The position numbers were made by a program, and so were the translations under genes. DNA of 64,000 nt from an uncultured Actinomycetota bacterium (lineage in GTDB: Bacteria; Actinomycetota; Actinomycetes; Propionibacteriales; Propionibacteriaceae), in the NCBI GenBank assembly GCA_963773595.1, contig CAVZBQ010000003.1:187655-251654 (forward strand), read 5' to 3'. The number at the start of each line of letters is the position of its first letter. Positions within the stretch are counted from its first letter, which is position 1. The notes under the pieces are model-generated. The model saw only the letters and a program-made list of their open reading frames with translations. It was not told the origin of the DNA and did not search any database. This document shows positions 1-11,321 of the stretch, one piece after another.

Positions 1-2
1 TC

Positions 3-2588
3 GCAGCCTTCCTTTCCTGCGCCGTCCCGCAGACACTGGACGCCGCAGCCACCTCAGAGGTGAAGGCGGCCCTGAGCGCAAGGGAGCCGGTCACCGTCGT
101 CGTGGAGGTGCCCGACGACACCGGCAACGGGCCGAGCTACGACCCTGCCGGTTCGGCAGCGTCCATTGGGGAACTGATCGATGCCCGCATGCCCGCAGAG
201 CTGCGCAGCGTCCTCGCAGAACCCGTCACGGCCCTGATCGGTCCAGAACTCAAGGCAGGGGCGATCGCCGACCGTCCAGGAAGGGTCCGCTTCGCGTACG
301 TCTCGAGCGCCACCGGGCCCGCCGTCGAGTGGGTCGAGGGCAAGGCGCCCGCTGCGACACAGAGCTCTGTCAGACTCCCCCCACCCGACGGGGAACCGGT
401 GATCGTCGAGGTCGCGATGTCCGAGGCCGCGGCAGCCCTGATGGGCGTGCACGCCGGCGCGAAGCTCGACGTGTCCAACATCGACAACGGCCAGCTCCTC
501 GCCGTCACGTTGAGCGGGATCTACCGCGTCACCGATCCCGCTGACCCGGCCTGGGCGGTGGCCCCCACCCTGGTCAAGCCGCAGCTGATCGGGGGTTCCG
601 CAGCCCTCGCCTCTGTGGGGCTACTCACCTCGCCCGAATCGCTGACGTACGCAGCCTTCGCCCTCTACCCCACCGGGATGACCCGCACCTTCACCTACCA
701 GGTGGTTCCCGGCGGGGTGGACGCGAAGCTCGCCGCCGAGATTGCGACGCAGGCCCGCGGCCTGGCATCAGGACGCAAGGTCTTCGACATCCCGGGCGCG
801 AGGCCAAGGGTGGTCACGCAGCTCGACAGGGTGGTCGGCAGTGCGCTCGCGCGCGTGGACGCGGCAACGGCGCAGGCCTCCGTGCTGCTCATCGGCCTGC
901 TGGCTGTCGCCCTGCTCGTCGAACTGCTCGCGGCCGGCCTCCTGGTCGAGCGCAGGGCTGCCGTGCTCGTGCAGTGGCGGGCGCGGGGCGCAACGCTGTC
1001 GTCGATCGGCCTCGCGAACGCTGCCGAGTCGAGCCTTGTCGCGATCGTCGGGGGGCTGATCGGCGTTGCCGCAGCGAACCTCGCTGTCGGGGGCCTTCCG
1101 CCGTGGGGCTGGATCCTGCCCCCGCTCGTCGCAGCTTTGCTCCCGCAGCCCTTCCTCGCGATGCGGGCGGCCAGCCGCTCCTCCGTCGTGCGGCGCCCGG
1201 CCAGCGGGCGGCGCACCGCGCTCACTGCCGCCCAGGTACGCCGGGTGGGAGCGGAGGCGATGCTCGTGCTCCTCGCGCTCGCCACCCTCGCGACGTTGGT
1301 CGTGCGTGGCGTGACCGCCTCCGCTGGGTCGGTGTGGTCCGACACCGTCGTGCTGGCCGCTCCTGTGCTGGTGGCGCTTGCGGTCGCCCTCGGCCTTGTG
1401 CGTGCGTGGCCAGGCGTCCTGCGCCTTGCGCGGACGGCTGCCGCCCGCGGGACCGGAGCCGTTCGGCTCCTTGCGGCAGCGCGCACGCGGGCGAGCGGGC
1501 TGGCGACCGCTGCGCTGGTGACCGGTGCGGCGATCGCCGCGATCGCGGCCTCCGTGGCCGGCACGGTGAGCCAGGGCCAGGTGGACGCCGCCTGGGATGC
1601 GATCGGTGCCGACGCCACCGTCACCACGACAGCCCCCGCCGGCCTGCCGCCGGCTGTGACGGCGCTTGACGGCGTACGCGGGACCACGGTTGCGACGGGG
1701 ACGACCATCACCAACGCCCAGGTGCTCGGTGCGCGGCTCGACGCTGCGGTGACCGTCATCGCCATCGACGCCGACGCCATGGCCCGGCTGCTGGCTACCA
1801 GCCCGGCCCCCGACGCCCCCCAGCTCGCCTTGCTGACAGCAGGCGGCGCCGGCGACCCCGTCCCCGTACTCTTCACCGGCGGGCAGGGGGCGGCGAGCGC
1901 GACGCTCCGCTGGGGGGAGGACGCGGTCCGCGTCCGATTGGTCGGCGACGCCACCGCGCTTCCAGCCAGCGTGACCGGCGAGGGGCGAGTCGTCGTTGTC
2001 GATCGTGAACTGCTCGGACGGGCGGCCGGTCACCAGATCCCGGCGACGCAGGCCTGGGTCGTCGGAGAGAGCGCAGCGGCGGACCTCGTCGCCACCCTGG
2101 CAGGCGACCCCGACAGCACGGTCGCCACCCGTGGCGACTGGCTCACGGAGCGGAAGAGCTCTCCCGTGACGGTCGCGCTCGGGTTCCTGTTCGCGGGTGC
2201 CAGCACTGTCGCCATCGCGTTGGCCGGCCTCGCTGTGGTGCTGATGGCCGCCTCCGGCTCGTGGGAGCGCACGCGCGCAGCGGCCCAGATCAAGGTGCTC
2301 GGCCTTCCCCGCGCAGCGGCTGCCCGGATCGGGTGGCTGGAGGCGACCATCCCCGCCGTCGTGGCCAGCGCGGTGGGGATCGGTGTCGGCATCGGGCTGG
2401 CCGGTCTCCTTGTGGGGGCGCTCGACCTGCGCTCCGTCACGGGCGGCAGCGGGACGCCGCACCTGGTCATCGGGTGGTGGAGCCTCGGGATACCGCTCAT
2501 CCTCGGGCTGGTGGCACGGGTCGCCGTCGCTGCGGTAGGCCTGATGCATCGCGGCGAACGGCTCGGGCCGCTCCTGCGGGCCAGCTGA
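3..2588 (+). CDS. FtsX-like ABC transporter permease (5' end probably outside window)
   Basis: 842+ aa ORF with two TM clusters separated by extracytoplasmic domains; 'RARGA' and 'KVLGL' motifs typical of FtsX permeases. Confidence 0.8.
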   Translation, partial: AAFLSCAVPQTLDAAATSEVKAALSAREPVTVVVEVPDDTGNGPSYDPAGSAASIGELIDARMPAELRSVLAEPVTALIGPELKAGAIADRPGRVRFAYVSSATGPAVEWVEGKAPAATQSSVRLPPPDGEPVIVEVAMSEAAAALMGVHAGAKLDVSNIDNGQLLAVTLSGIYRVTDPADPAWAVAPTLVKPQLIGGSAALASVGLLTSPESLTYAAFALYPTGMTRTFTYQVVPGGVDAKLAAEIATQARGLASGRKVFDIPGARPRVVTQLDRVVGSALARVDAATAQASVLLIGLLAVALLVELLAAGLLVERRAAVLVQWRARGATLSSIGLANAAESSLVAIVGGLIGVAAANLAVGGLPPWGWILPPLVAALLPQPFLAMRAASRSSVVRRPASGRRTALTAAQVRRVGAEAMLVLLALATLATLVVRGVTASAGSVWSDTVVLAAPVLVALAVALGLVRAWPGVLRLARTAAARGTGAVRLLAAARTRASGLATAALVTGAAIAAIAASVAGTVSQGQVDAAWDAIGADATVTTTAPAGLPPAVTALDGVRGTTVATGTTITNAQVLGARLDAAVTVIAIDADAMARLLATSPAPDAPQLALLTAGGAGDPVPVLFTGGQGAASATLRWGEDAVRVRLVGDATALPASVTGEGRVVVVDRELLGRAAGHQIPATQAWVVGESAAADLVATLAGDPDSTVATRGDWLTERKSSPVTVALGFLFAGASTVAIALAGLAVVLMAASGSWERTRAAAQIKVLGLPRAAAARIGWLEATIPAVVASAVGIGVGIGLAGLLVGALDLRSVTGGSGTPHLVIGWWSLGIPLILGLVARVAVAAVGLMHRGERLGPLLRAS

Positions 2589-2665
2589 GCCCGACGAAGG
2601 GTCGAGATCACCCACAACCGCTGATCGAGCCTGTCGAGATCACCTGGTCTCGACAAGCTCGACCA
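2584..2665. repeat. REP-like palindromic cluster between convergent genes
   Basis: GCTGAGCCCGACGAAGG (2584-2600) plus the inverted pair TGATCGAGCCTGTCGAGATC / GGTCTCGACAAGCTCGACCA (2622-2665). Confidence 0.7.
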
Positions 2666-2688
2666 CCGATTGGGGTGTCACGGGCTGC

Positions 2689-4543
2689 TCACTCCTCCAG
2701 GGTGCTCAGGTCGCCCTCGTCCTGGCCGAGCGCGCGGGCCTTCAGGACACGGCGCATGATCTTGCCCGAGCGGGTCTTCGGCAGCTTCTCGGTGAAGTCG
2801 ATCCAGTCGGGCTTGGCGATCGGCGACAGGTGCATCGAGACGTGCTTGCGCAGGTCCTCCGCCAGCTCCTGGCTGCCCTCGAACCCCATCCGCAGCACCA
2901 CGAACACGTGGATGGCGTTGCCCTTGACCTCGTGCGGCAGCCCGATCGCCGCGGCCTCGGCCACGGCCGGGTGGCGACACCAGCGCCGACTCGACCTCCG
3001 CCGTCCCGAGCCGGTGCCCGGAGACCTTGATGACGTCGTCGGTGCGTCCGATCACCCAGTAGTAGCCGTCCTCGTCCCGCCGGGCCGAGTCGCCGGCCAG
3101 GTACTTGCCCGGGTACTTCGACCAGTAGGTGTCGATGTAGCGCTGGTCGTCCTTGTACAGCGTCCGCATCATCGCCGGCCACGGGTTCTTCAGCACGAGG
3201 AAGCCCTCCTCGCCGTCGGCCACCGGGTGGCCGGCCTCGTCGAGGATCTCCGCCTCCTGGCCGTAGAACGGCTTGCCTGCCGAGCCCGGCTTGAGCGGCA
3301 TGGACGGGGTCGGGCAGATCTGGAACATGCCGGTCTCGGTCTGCCACCAGGTGTCCATGATCGGGCAGTTGTCCTTGCCGACCACCCGGTGCAGCCATTC
3401 CCAGGCCTCGGGGTTGATCGGCTCACCCACCGACCCGAGCAGCCGCAGCGACGACAGGTCGTGGCGGTTCGGCCAGGCCTCGCCGAAGCGCATCAGCGAC
3501 CGGATCGCCGTCGGCGCGGTGTAGAAGGTCGTGATGCCGTAGTACTCGATCAGCTGCCACCACCGGTTCGGGTAGGGATAGGTCGGCCCGCCCTCGAACA
3601 TGAACGACGTCGCACCGTTCAGCAGCGGCCCGTAGACGAGGTAGGAGTGCCCGGTGATCCAGCCCGGGTCGGCCGTGCACCACCAGCGGTCCTCGTCCTT
3701 GATGTCGAAGGTGTACTTCAGGGTCGTGTAGGTGCCCACCATGTAGCCGCCGTGGGTGTGCAGGATGGCCTTCGGCTTCCCGGTCGAGCCGGACGTGTAC
3801 AGGATGAACAGCGGGTCCTCGGCGTCCATCTCCTCCGTCGCGCACGGCCCGTTGGCGATCGGGAGCGCTGTGAGGTCGTGGTACCAGTGGTCGCGCAGCG
3901 GATCCATCGTCACCTCGTGGCCGGTGCGCTTCACAACGATCACGTTCTCCACGGACGGCGAGAACCGGATCGCCTCGTCGACGATGTCCTTGAGCTTGAA
4001 GATGCCGCCGTTCACCCACGACCCGTCGGCGGTGATCACCACCTTCGACTCGGAGTCGTCGATCCGGTCGGCCAGTGCGTCGGCGGAGAAGCCGGCGAAG
4101 ACCACGGAGTGCACCGCGCCGAGCTTGGCGCAGGCCAGCATCGCGAACACGACCTCGGGGATCCGCGGCAGGTAGATGGTCACCCGGTCGCCCTTGCTGA
4201 TCCCCATCGCCTTCATGACGTTGGCCATCTTCATGACCTCGCGGTTCAGGCTGAAGTAGCTGAAGGTCTGGTAGTCGGTGCCGTTCTCCCCCACCCAGAT
4301 CAGGGCCAGCTTGTTCTTGTACGGCCCGGACAGGTGCCGGTCGATGCAGTTGTGGACGATGTTCGTCTTCGCACCCGTGAACCACTTGTAGAACGGCGGG
4401 TTGGAGTCGTCCAGCACGGTGTCCCACGGCTGGTACCACTCCAGCTCCGCGGCCCGGTCGGCCCAGAAGCCGACCGGGTCTGCGGCAGCGGCAGCACGCA
4501 GTGCGGTGTCCTCCGGGCCGAAAGACGGGTCAGGGTTGTACAT
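2689..4543 (-). CDS. acs: Acetate--CoA ligase (frameshift near 2970)
   Basis: [34 protein letters not shown]; C-terminal [12 protein letters not shown] in the adjacent frame (2689..2964). Confidence 0.95.
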
Positions 4544-4647
4544 CAGCGCCTCCTTGGATCGGGCCAGAGCCTAGGTCTCACCCATACCCGTCCGTAACCC
4601 CCGGCAATTGCTCTCCCTTGCCACGAGTTGTTCGGCAGAATTGGCCC

Positions 4648-5296
4648 GTGATCATCGCTCGCGCCGACACACCAGCCGGCGAGGTCGTGCTGCGCCGGCG
4701 CGACGACGTCGACGAACTGGTGGTCAACGGGGTGTTCGCGATGGACTCGGCAGAGGTCACCTCGGAACTCGCCCTTGCCGACGCCGCCGGCTCCCCGCCG
4801 GGACGCGTCCTTGTCGGCGGCCTCGGTCTCGGCTACACAGCGGCACGCCTGCTGGACGCGGGCGCGGAACGGCTCCGGGTCGTCGAACTGGCCGATCCGC
4901 TGCATCACCTGGGCCCGCGAGGGTCTCACCGAGCAGCTCGGACGCGTGGCCGCCGACCCGCGGGCGGAACTGGTGGACGGTGACATCGTCGACCAGGTGG
5001 ACGGCACCTGGGACGCGATCCTGCTCGACGTCGACAACGGCCCCACCTTCCTGATCCACGACCACAACCGGCGGGTGTACGCAGAGGCCTTCCTCCGCAG
5101 GTGCCTGCAGGCGCTCGCCCCGGGCGGACGCCTTGTGGTCTGGTGCGAGACGGCGAGCCCGGAGCTCGCGTCCACCCTGGAACGGATCGCCGGCACGGTG
5201 GAACTGATCAGCGTCCCGGTCACCCGCCAGGGACGCAGCTTCGACTACGCCCTCTACCGCGCCCGCCCCTCCGCCGACTTGTCCGTCAGGGAGTGA
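4648..5296 (+). CDS. Spermidine synthase-like SAM-dependent methyltransferase (frameshift near 4905)
   Basis: VLVGGLGLGYT SAM motif, then ILLDVDNGP in the next frame. Confidence 0.8.
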
Positions 5297-5675
5297 GCGA
5301 GCTGGGGTCGTCGGGGACGTCGACGGCATGCTCCTGCAACGCCTCCAGCGGCACCAGGTCGAGCACGGCGGCGTTGGTCGCCGCCAGCACCACCGGGGCG
5401 GCAACCCCCGCGGCGTAGGCGCGTGCCCAGTTCACCGCCGTGACACACCAGCGGTCCCCCGGCACGAGGCCGGGGAAGCCGTACATCGGCATCGCTGCGG
5501 TGAGGTCGTTGCCGATGCTGCGCTGGTGGTCGAGGAACTCCCGCGTCACCACAGCGCAGATGGTGTGGCTGCCGACGTCGTCCTCGCCGGTGTTGCAGCA
5601 GCCGTCGCGGAAGAACCCGGTGACCGGGTCGGTGCCGCAGAGCTGGAGCTCGCCGCCGAGGACATTGCGCTCCAT
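5286..5675 (-). CDS. DUF2237 family protein
   Basis: NVLG..L..C..DP.TGFFRDGCC, GH.ICA-like HTICA, FPGL.PGDRWC. Confidence 0.9.
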   Translation of the reverse strand: MERNVLGGELQLCGTDPVTGFFRDGCCNTGEDDVGSHTICAVVTREFLDHQRSIGNDLTAAMPMYGFPGLVPGDRWCVTAVNWARAYAAGVAAPVVLAATNAAVLDLVPLEALQEHAVDVPDDPSSLTP

Positions 5676-7045
5676 CAGATGCCCACGTCCTCCAGCAGGT
5701 CGGTGACGAGCGCGGCGATCGGCGAACGCTCCGACCGGGTGAGGGTCACGTGGGCGAACAGCTGGTGACCCTTCAGCCGCTCCACGACGGCGACGACACC
5801 GTCGTGGCGTCCGACCCGCAGGTTGTCCCGCTGGGCGACGTCGTGGGTGAGCACGACCCGCGAGTTCTGGCCGATGCGGCTCAGCACGGTGAGCAGCACG
5901 TTGCGCTCGAGCGACTGGGCCTCGTCAACGATCACGAAGGCATCGTGCAGCGAGCGGCCGCGGATGTGGGTGAGCGGCAGCACCTCGAGCATCTCCTGCG
6001 CGAGGATCTCGTCGATGACGTTCTTGCTCGTCACAGAGCCGAGCGTGTCGAAGACCGCCTGGCCCCAGGGCGACATCTTCTCGTTCTCGCTGCCGGGCAG
6101 GTAGCCGAGCTCCTGGCCGCCGACGGCGTACAGCGGCCGGAACACGATCACCTTGGAGTGCTGGCGCCGTTCGAGCACTGCCTCGAGGCCGGCGCACAGG
6201 GCCAGCGCCGACTTGCCGGTGCCGGCCCGTCCACCCATGGAGATGATGCCGATGTCGGGGTCCTGCAGCAGGTCGAGCGCAACGCGCTGCTCCGCGGAGC
6301 GACCGTGGATGCCGAAGACCTCCCGGTCCTTCACGAGGCGGACGGAGCCGTCGGGCAGCACGCGTCCGAGCGCAGAGGAGCTCGAGCCGTGCAGGACGAC
6401 CCCGGTGTGGCAGGGCAGGTCCAGCGCCTCGGGGACGACGACGCTGCCGTCGGCGTACAGGTGCTCGATCGTCGCCGTCGTGACGTCCACCTCCGCCATC
6501 CCGGTCCACCCCGAGTCGGGGGTGATCTCGTGGCGGTATTCCTCGGCAGCGAGGCCGACAGCCGAGGCCTTCACCCGCATCGGAAGGTCCTTGCTGACCA
6601 GCACGACGTCGTTGCCCTCCGCCCGGTAGTTCAGCGCGACGGCGAGGATGCGGGAGTCGTTGTCGCCCAGCCGGAAGCCCGGTGGGAGCACCTCGGGGTC
6701 GGTGTGGTTCAGCTCGACGCGCAGCGTCCCCTCGGCCTCGTTGACCGGGATGGGCGCGTCGAGACGGCCGTAGCGGATGCGCATGTCATCGAGGTCGCGC
6801 AGGGCCGTGCGGGCGAAGTAGCCGAGCTCGGGATGGTGGCGTTTGGCCTCCAGCTCCGTGATCACCACGATCGGGACGACAACGTTGTGCTCTGCGAAGT
6901 TCCGCAGGGCATGCGGATCGCTGAGCAGGACGGAGGTGTCGATCACGAAGGTCTTCAGCGCCAGCGCGGACTCACGGTTACCTGCGAAAGCAGTCCGGGT
7001 CGAGGAGCGGGGCATTGTCGTCCTGTCCGAGCCGCACGCCACCAC
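5675..7045 (-). CDS. phoH2: PhoH2 (PIN + PhoH ATPase/RNA helicase); start uncertain
   Basis: N-terminal [12 protein letters not shown]...DNDSRIL; Walker A GRAGTGKS; IRGRSL; IVDEAQ. Confidence 0.92.
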   Translation of the reverse strand: MVACGSDRTTMPRSSTRTAFAGNRESALALKTFVIDTSVLLSDPHALRNFAEHNVVVPIVVITELEAKRHHPELGYFARTALRDLDDMRIRYGRLDAPIPVNEAEGTLRVELNHTDPEVLPPGFRLGDNDSRILAVALNYRAEGNDVVLVSKDLPMRVKASAVGLAAEEYRHEITPDSGWTGMAEVDVTTATIEHLYADGSVVVPEALDLPCHTGVVLHGSSSSALGRVLPDGSVRLVKDREVFGIHGRSAEQRVALDLLQDPDIGIISMGGRAGTGKSALALCAGLEAVLERRQHSKVIVFRPLYAVGGQELGYLPGSENEKMSPWGQAVFDTLGSVTSKNVIDEILAQEMLEVLPLTHIRGRSLHDAFVIVDEAQSLERNVLLTVLSRIGQNSRVVLTHDVAQRDNLRVGRHDGVVAVVERLKGHQLFAHVTLTRSERSPIAALVTDLLEDVGI

Positions 7046-7286
7046 GTCCGGCTCACGTGGTAGTCAGCCGAAGGGGCTCGGGCCTGGTGCGGACCCGCGG
7101 GTTGCACGGTGGCAACGACGCATCTGGTGCCTCTCGAGCGACGGGAGGACCCCCGTCTTGTCATCGAGAGTAGGCCGCGCCAAAGCACCGGCAATTGGCG
7201 ACACGCCGCCCGTGGGGTGCAGGCAACCCGTTCGTAATGTTGCCGCCACGCCACCGTTCCCTGTTCGTCTTCATAGACTCCTTGCC

Positions 7287-9626
7287 ATGCCTGCAGTTCC
7301 GAGTGCCCCGATCGCCCCCGTCGCCAACCAGGTGACCGGTGACCACTACCGCATCACCGTCCTCACGTCCCGCATGCTGCGGCTGGAGTACTCGCCGGAG
7401 GGACGCTTCGAGGACCGCGCCACCCAGATGGTGGTGAACCGCGACCTCGGCCCGGTGGAGTTCGAGGTCGTGCGGGACGCCGCCGGCCTCCATGTGTTCA
7501 CGGAGGCGCTGATCCTCGACTACGACGAGCAGCCGTTCTCGGCTTCCGGGCTGACCGTGCGCCTTGCCGGCCCCTACGGCTACCACAGCCAGTGGCGCTA
7601 CGGGGTGCCGAACGAGCCGAACATCTACCATCGCGGCAACCTCGGCGGCACAGCACGCACCCTCGACATGATCGACGGCGCCTGCGCTCTCGAGGACGGG
7701 CTCGTGGCGACCAACGGCTACGCCGTGCTGCCCGACGACACCATCGCGATGGACGGAGACTGGGTCGCGCCACGCATCGAGGGCAACATCGACACCTACT
7801 ACTTCGGCTACGGCTACGACGCTGCCGGGGCCGTCCGCGACTTCTACCGGCTCACCGGACCGCAGCCGCTGCTGCCCCGCTGGGCACTGGGCAACTGGTG
7901 GAGCCGCTACTACGCCTACTCCGCGGACGAGTACCAGGCGCTGATCGAGCGCTTCGAGGCAGAGGACCTGCCGTTCAGCGTCGCCGTCGTCGACATCGAC
8001 TGGCACTGGATCGACGTCGACCCCAAGTACGGCACCGGCTGGACCGGCTACTCCTGGAACACCGACCTCTTCCCCGACCCGCCGGCCTTCCTCGCCTGGC
8101 TGCACGAGCACGGGCTGAAGGTCACGCTGAACACCCACCCCGCCGACGGCGTCCGCGCGTATGAGGACCGGTACAGCCAGATCGCCACCCGCATGGGCAT
8201 CGACCCGGCTTCCGGACTGCCGGTGAACTTCGACATCGCCAACCCCGACTTCCTGAAGGCCTACTTCGAGGAGCTCCACCACCCGCTGGAGGCGCAGGGC
8301 GTCGACTTCTGGTGGCTGGACTGGCAGCAGGGCAACTTCACGTCGATGCCGGGGCTCGACCCGCTGTGGATGCTGAACCACTACCACTTCCTCGATTCCG
8401 CACGGGACGGGAAGCGCCCGATCACGTTCTCGCGGTACGCCGGTCCGGGTTCGCACCGCTACCCGGTGGGGTTCTCCGGCGACACCGTCACGTCGTGGGC
8501 GAGCCTCGACTTCCAGCCGTACTTCACCGCGACAGCAGCCAACATCGGCTACGGCTGGTGGAGCCACGACATCGGCGGCCACATGTTCGGCATCCGCGAC
8601 GACGAGCTGGCGACCCGCTGGTTCCAGCTCGGCGCCTTCTCGCCGATCAACCGGCTGCACTCCACCAAGGACGTCTTCGCAGGCAAGGAGCCGTGGAAGT
8701 ACTCCGCGCCGGCCCGGACGGCGATGGGCGAGAGCCTGCGCCTTCGTCATCGGCTGATCCCCTACCTGTTCACGATGTCGGAGCGCGCGCACCGGCTGGG
8801 TGAGCCGCTGGTGCGTCCGCTGTACCACCTGGACCCGCGGCTGGAGGCGCTCGCTTCGAAGAACTCCTTCGCCTTCGGCAGCGAGTTGCTGGTCGCGCCG
8901 CTGACCACGCCGGCCGACCGCCGCACGACACTCGCCCAGGTCACCACCTGGCTGCCGGCCGGGGACTGGACCGACTTCTTCACCGGCGTCCGGTACTCCG
9001 GCGGACGCACCGTGCAGCTGCACCGGCCGCTGGACGGCTACCCCGTGCTGGCGCGGGCCGGCGCGATCGTGCCGCTGGCCGACGGGCTGGAGGTCGGCAA
9101 CCCGGAAGCCTTCGAGCTGCACGTCTTCGCCGGCGCCGACGGCGACTTCACGCTGTACGAGGACGACGATGCGGCCGAACCGCGCGCCGTGACCACCCGC
9201 TACCGCTACGACCAGGCAGCCGGCGAACTGGTGATCGAGCCGGCGTCCGGGGCACTCGACCTGGTGCCGGAGGTCCGGGCGTACCGCGTGGTGGTGCACG
9301 GGCTGGACGGTGTCGGCGCAGCGGCGGCGGACGGCACGGTCCTTGCGGCGGAGACCGCTGCCGGCCCACTGGTGGTCGAGCTGTCCGTCGTCACAGCCGA
9401 GGGGGCGACCGTGAAGCTCACGGGTGAGCGGCGCGCGTCCGACAACCGCGTGGAGTCGCGGATCTTCGACCTGCTGGCGACGGCCCAGATCGAGTACCCG
9501 CTGAAGGACAACATCTGGCGGATACTCCAGGACGAGACCGACACCGGGCGCCGCGTCTCCGCGCTGCAGGTGATGGAGCTCGAGCCGGCCCTGCAGTCAG
9601 CGCTCAGCGAGCTCCTGCTCGCCTGA
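7287..9626 (+). CDS. Glycoside hydrolase family 31 (alpha-xylosidase/alpha-glucosidase-like)
   Basis: GNWWSRY, VVDIDWH, DFWWLDWQQ, RYPVGFSGD, WSHDIGG; TAGACT -10 element 7 nt before the ATG (leaderless). Confidence 0.9.
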   Translation: MPAVPSAPIAPVANQVTGDHYRITVLTSRMLRLEYSPEGRFEDRATQMVVNRDLGPVEFEVVRDAAGLHVFTEALILDYDEQPFSASGLTVRLAGPYGYHSQWRYGVPNEPNIYHRGNLGGTARTLDMIDGACALEDGLVATNGYAVLPDDTIAMDGDWVAPRIEGNIDTYYFGYGYDAAGAVRDFYRLTGPQPLLPRWALGNWWSRYYAYSADEYQALIERFEAEDLPFSVAVVDIDWHWIDVDPKYGTGWTGYSWNTDLFPDPPAFLAWLHEHGLKVTLNTHPADGVRAYEDRYSQIATRMGIDPASGLPVNFDIANPDFLKAYFEELHHPLEAQGVDFWWLDWQQGNFTSMPGLDPLWMLNHYHFLDSARDGKRPITFSRYAGPGSHRYPVGFSGDTVTSWASLDFQPYFTATAANIGYGWWSHDIGGHMFGIRDDELATRWFQLGAFSPINRLHSTKDVFAGKEPWKYSAPARTAMGESLRLRHRLIPYLFTMSERAHRLGEPLVRPLYHLDPRLEALASKNSFAFGSELLVAPLTTPADRRTTLAQVTTWLPAGDWTDFFTGVRYSGGRTVQLHRPLDGYPVLARAGAIVPLADGLEVGNPEAFELHVFAGADGDFTLYEDDDAAEPRAVTTRYRYDQAAGELVIEPASGALDLVPEVRAYRVVVHGLDGVGAAAADGTVLAAETAAGPLVVELSVVTAEGATVKLTGERRASDNRVESRIFDLLATAQIEYPLKDNIWRILQDETDTGRRVSALQVMELEPALQSALSELLLA

Positions 9627-9636
9627 GTGGCCCGGA

Positions 9637-9673
9637 GTGGACCGAATTGGGGACGGTTCCAAACTCGGTCCAC
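9637..9673. terminator. Hairpin between convergent GH31 and isoprenyl transferase genes, with a GGGGACGGTTCC core
   Basis: GTGGACCGA...TCGGTCCAC inverted arms. Confidence 0.55.
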
Positions 9674-9688
9674 GGACCGAGGGAAGCG

Positions 9689-10498
9689 TCAGCGGCCGTA
9701 GCGGCGCTCGCGCTGGGCGTAGGAGCGCAGCGCGCGGATGAAGTCGACCTTGCGGAAGTCGGGCCACAGGGCCTCGCAGAAGTAGAACTCGCTGTGCGCC
9801 GACTGCCAGATCAGGAAGCCGGACATGCGCTGCTCGCCCGAGGTACGGATGATCAGGTCGGGGTCGGGCTGGCCGGCGGTGTAGAGGTGCTCGGAGATGT
9901 GGTCGATCTCGAGCGTCTCCGCCAGCTCATGGAGGGACGTGCCCTTCTCTGCCTCGCTGGCGAGGAGCGAGCGGAAAGCGTCCCGCAGCTCGCGGCGCCC
10001 GCCGTACGCGACGGCGACATTGACGTGGATGCCGCCCTCCTTCTTCAGCTCTGCCGCGCGCAGCCGGTCGGCCATGTCGTCGGGCAGCATGGCGAGGTCG
10101 CCCACCACCTGGACGCGGTAGCTGGCGGCGAGGTCGGTGACCAGGTTCTCGATCACCCGCAGCAGTGGGGCGACCTCGTCCGAGCCGGAACGGGTCAGGT
10201 TGTCGGTGGAGAGCACCCACAGCGTGACCACGCCGATGCCGAGGTCGGAGCACCAGTCGACGAACTCGCGCAGCTTGTCCGCACCGGCCTGATAACCGAC
10301 GACCAGAGGGCTGTCGGGAGCGTTGGTGCGAGCCCAGCGGCGGTTCCCGTCCGCAAGGACGGCGACGTGGCGCGGCAGCGCCGTGCGGTCGAGTTGTGCC
10401 AGCACCTGGGTCTCGTAGGCGGAGTACAGGAACCCGAGCGGTTGCAGCTTGTTCAGCCTCTCGCGAATTCGCAACCTCTCGCGAACCCGCAGCTTCAT
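9689..10498 (-). CDS. uppS: cis-isoprenyl diphosphate synthase (short-chain Z-FPP synthase type)
   Basis: PRHVAVLADGNRRWA, LSTDNL, DPDLIIRTSGEQRMSGFLIWQ. Confidence 0.9.
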   Translation of the reverse strand: MKLRVRERLRIRERLNKLQPLGFLYSAYETQVLAQLDRTALPRHVAVLADGNRRWARTNAPDSPLVVGYQAGADKLREFVDWCSDLGIGVVTLWVLSTDNLTRSGSDEVAPLLRVIENLVTDLAASYRVQVVGDLAMLPDDMADRLRAAELKKEGGIHVNVAVAYGGRRELRDAFRSLLASEAEKGTSLHELAETLEIDHISEHLYTAGQPDPDLIIRTSGEQRMSGFLIWQSAHSEFYFCEALWPDFRKVDFIRALRSYAQRERRYGR

Positions 10499-10603
10499 GA
10501 GAGCACCTTATCGCCGCTGGCGAGGCCCGGGCGGCACCAACACCGCAGGCCATTCCGTGATCAGATCGTCCATCAGGTGGTCACGGTTCTTGAACGCCGC
10601 CAG

Positions 10604-10638
10604 AACCTACGCTAACGTAACTTACTGAACCGTAGGTT
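10604..10638. promoter_or_regulatory. Two overlapping 20-bp palindromic operator-like sites
   Basis: AACCTACG-ctaa-CGTAACTT (10604-10623) and AACTTACT-gaac-CGTAGGTT (10619-10638), just upstream of trhA. Confidence 0.65.
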
Positions 10639-10649
10639 GGAGGGTCAGG

Positions 10650-11307
10650 ATGGTCGAAGCGTTGGCCGTGTCGGTGACCCCGGACAAGCCGCGTCTACGA
10701 GGCTGGCTCCACCTGGGGATGACCCCCCTCGTGGTTGTCGGTGGCGTGATTCTGGTGATCCTGGCCCCCAGCCTGACGGGCAAGATCGGTGTGGCCGTGT
10801 GGCTGGCCGGCGCGCTGCTGCTGTTCGGCACCAGCGCCGCGTACCACCTCGGCAACTGGGAGCCGGCGACCAAGGCCGCCCTGCGTCGCTGGGACCACGC
10901 GAACATCTTCATCTTCATCGCAGCCACCTACACCCCGCTCGCGCTCGCGCTCCTGCCGCCCGACGAGGCCGTCAAGCTGCTCATCCTGATCTGGTCGGTC
11001 GGCGTGATCGGGCTGGTCGTGCGCGTGTTCTGGCACACGGCGCCGCGCTGGCTCGACGTGGCCTGCTACCTCGGCATGGGGTGGGCCGGCGTCGCCTGGC
11101 TGCCGGCGTTCTGGGCGCAGAGCCCGCTCGTCGTCGGCCTGATCGCCCTCGGCGGGCGTGTTCTACACCGTCGGCGCCGTCATCTACGGGCGCAAGTGGC
11201 CCAACCCTTCGCCTGCGTGGTTCGGTTTCCACGAGATCTTCCACGCCTGCACCCTCGCTGCGGCCATCTGCCACTTCGCAGCCATCGCGGTCGCCATCTT
11301 CGGCTGA
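10650..11307 (+). CDS. trhA: Hemolysin III / PAQR membrane homeostasis protein (frameshift near 11155)
   Basis: [32 protein letters not shown]; FGFHEIFH in the shifted frame. Confidence 0.9.
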
Positions 11308-11321
11308 GTATCGTCTGCGGC

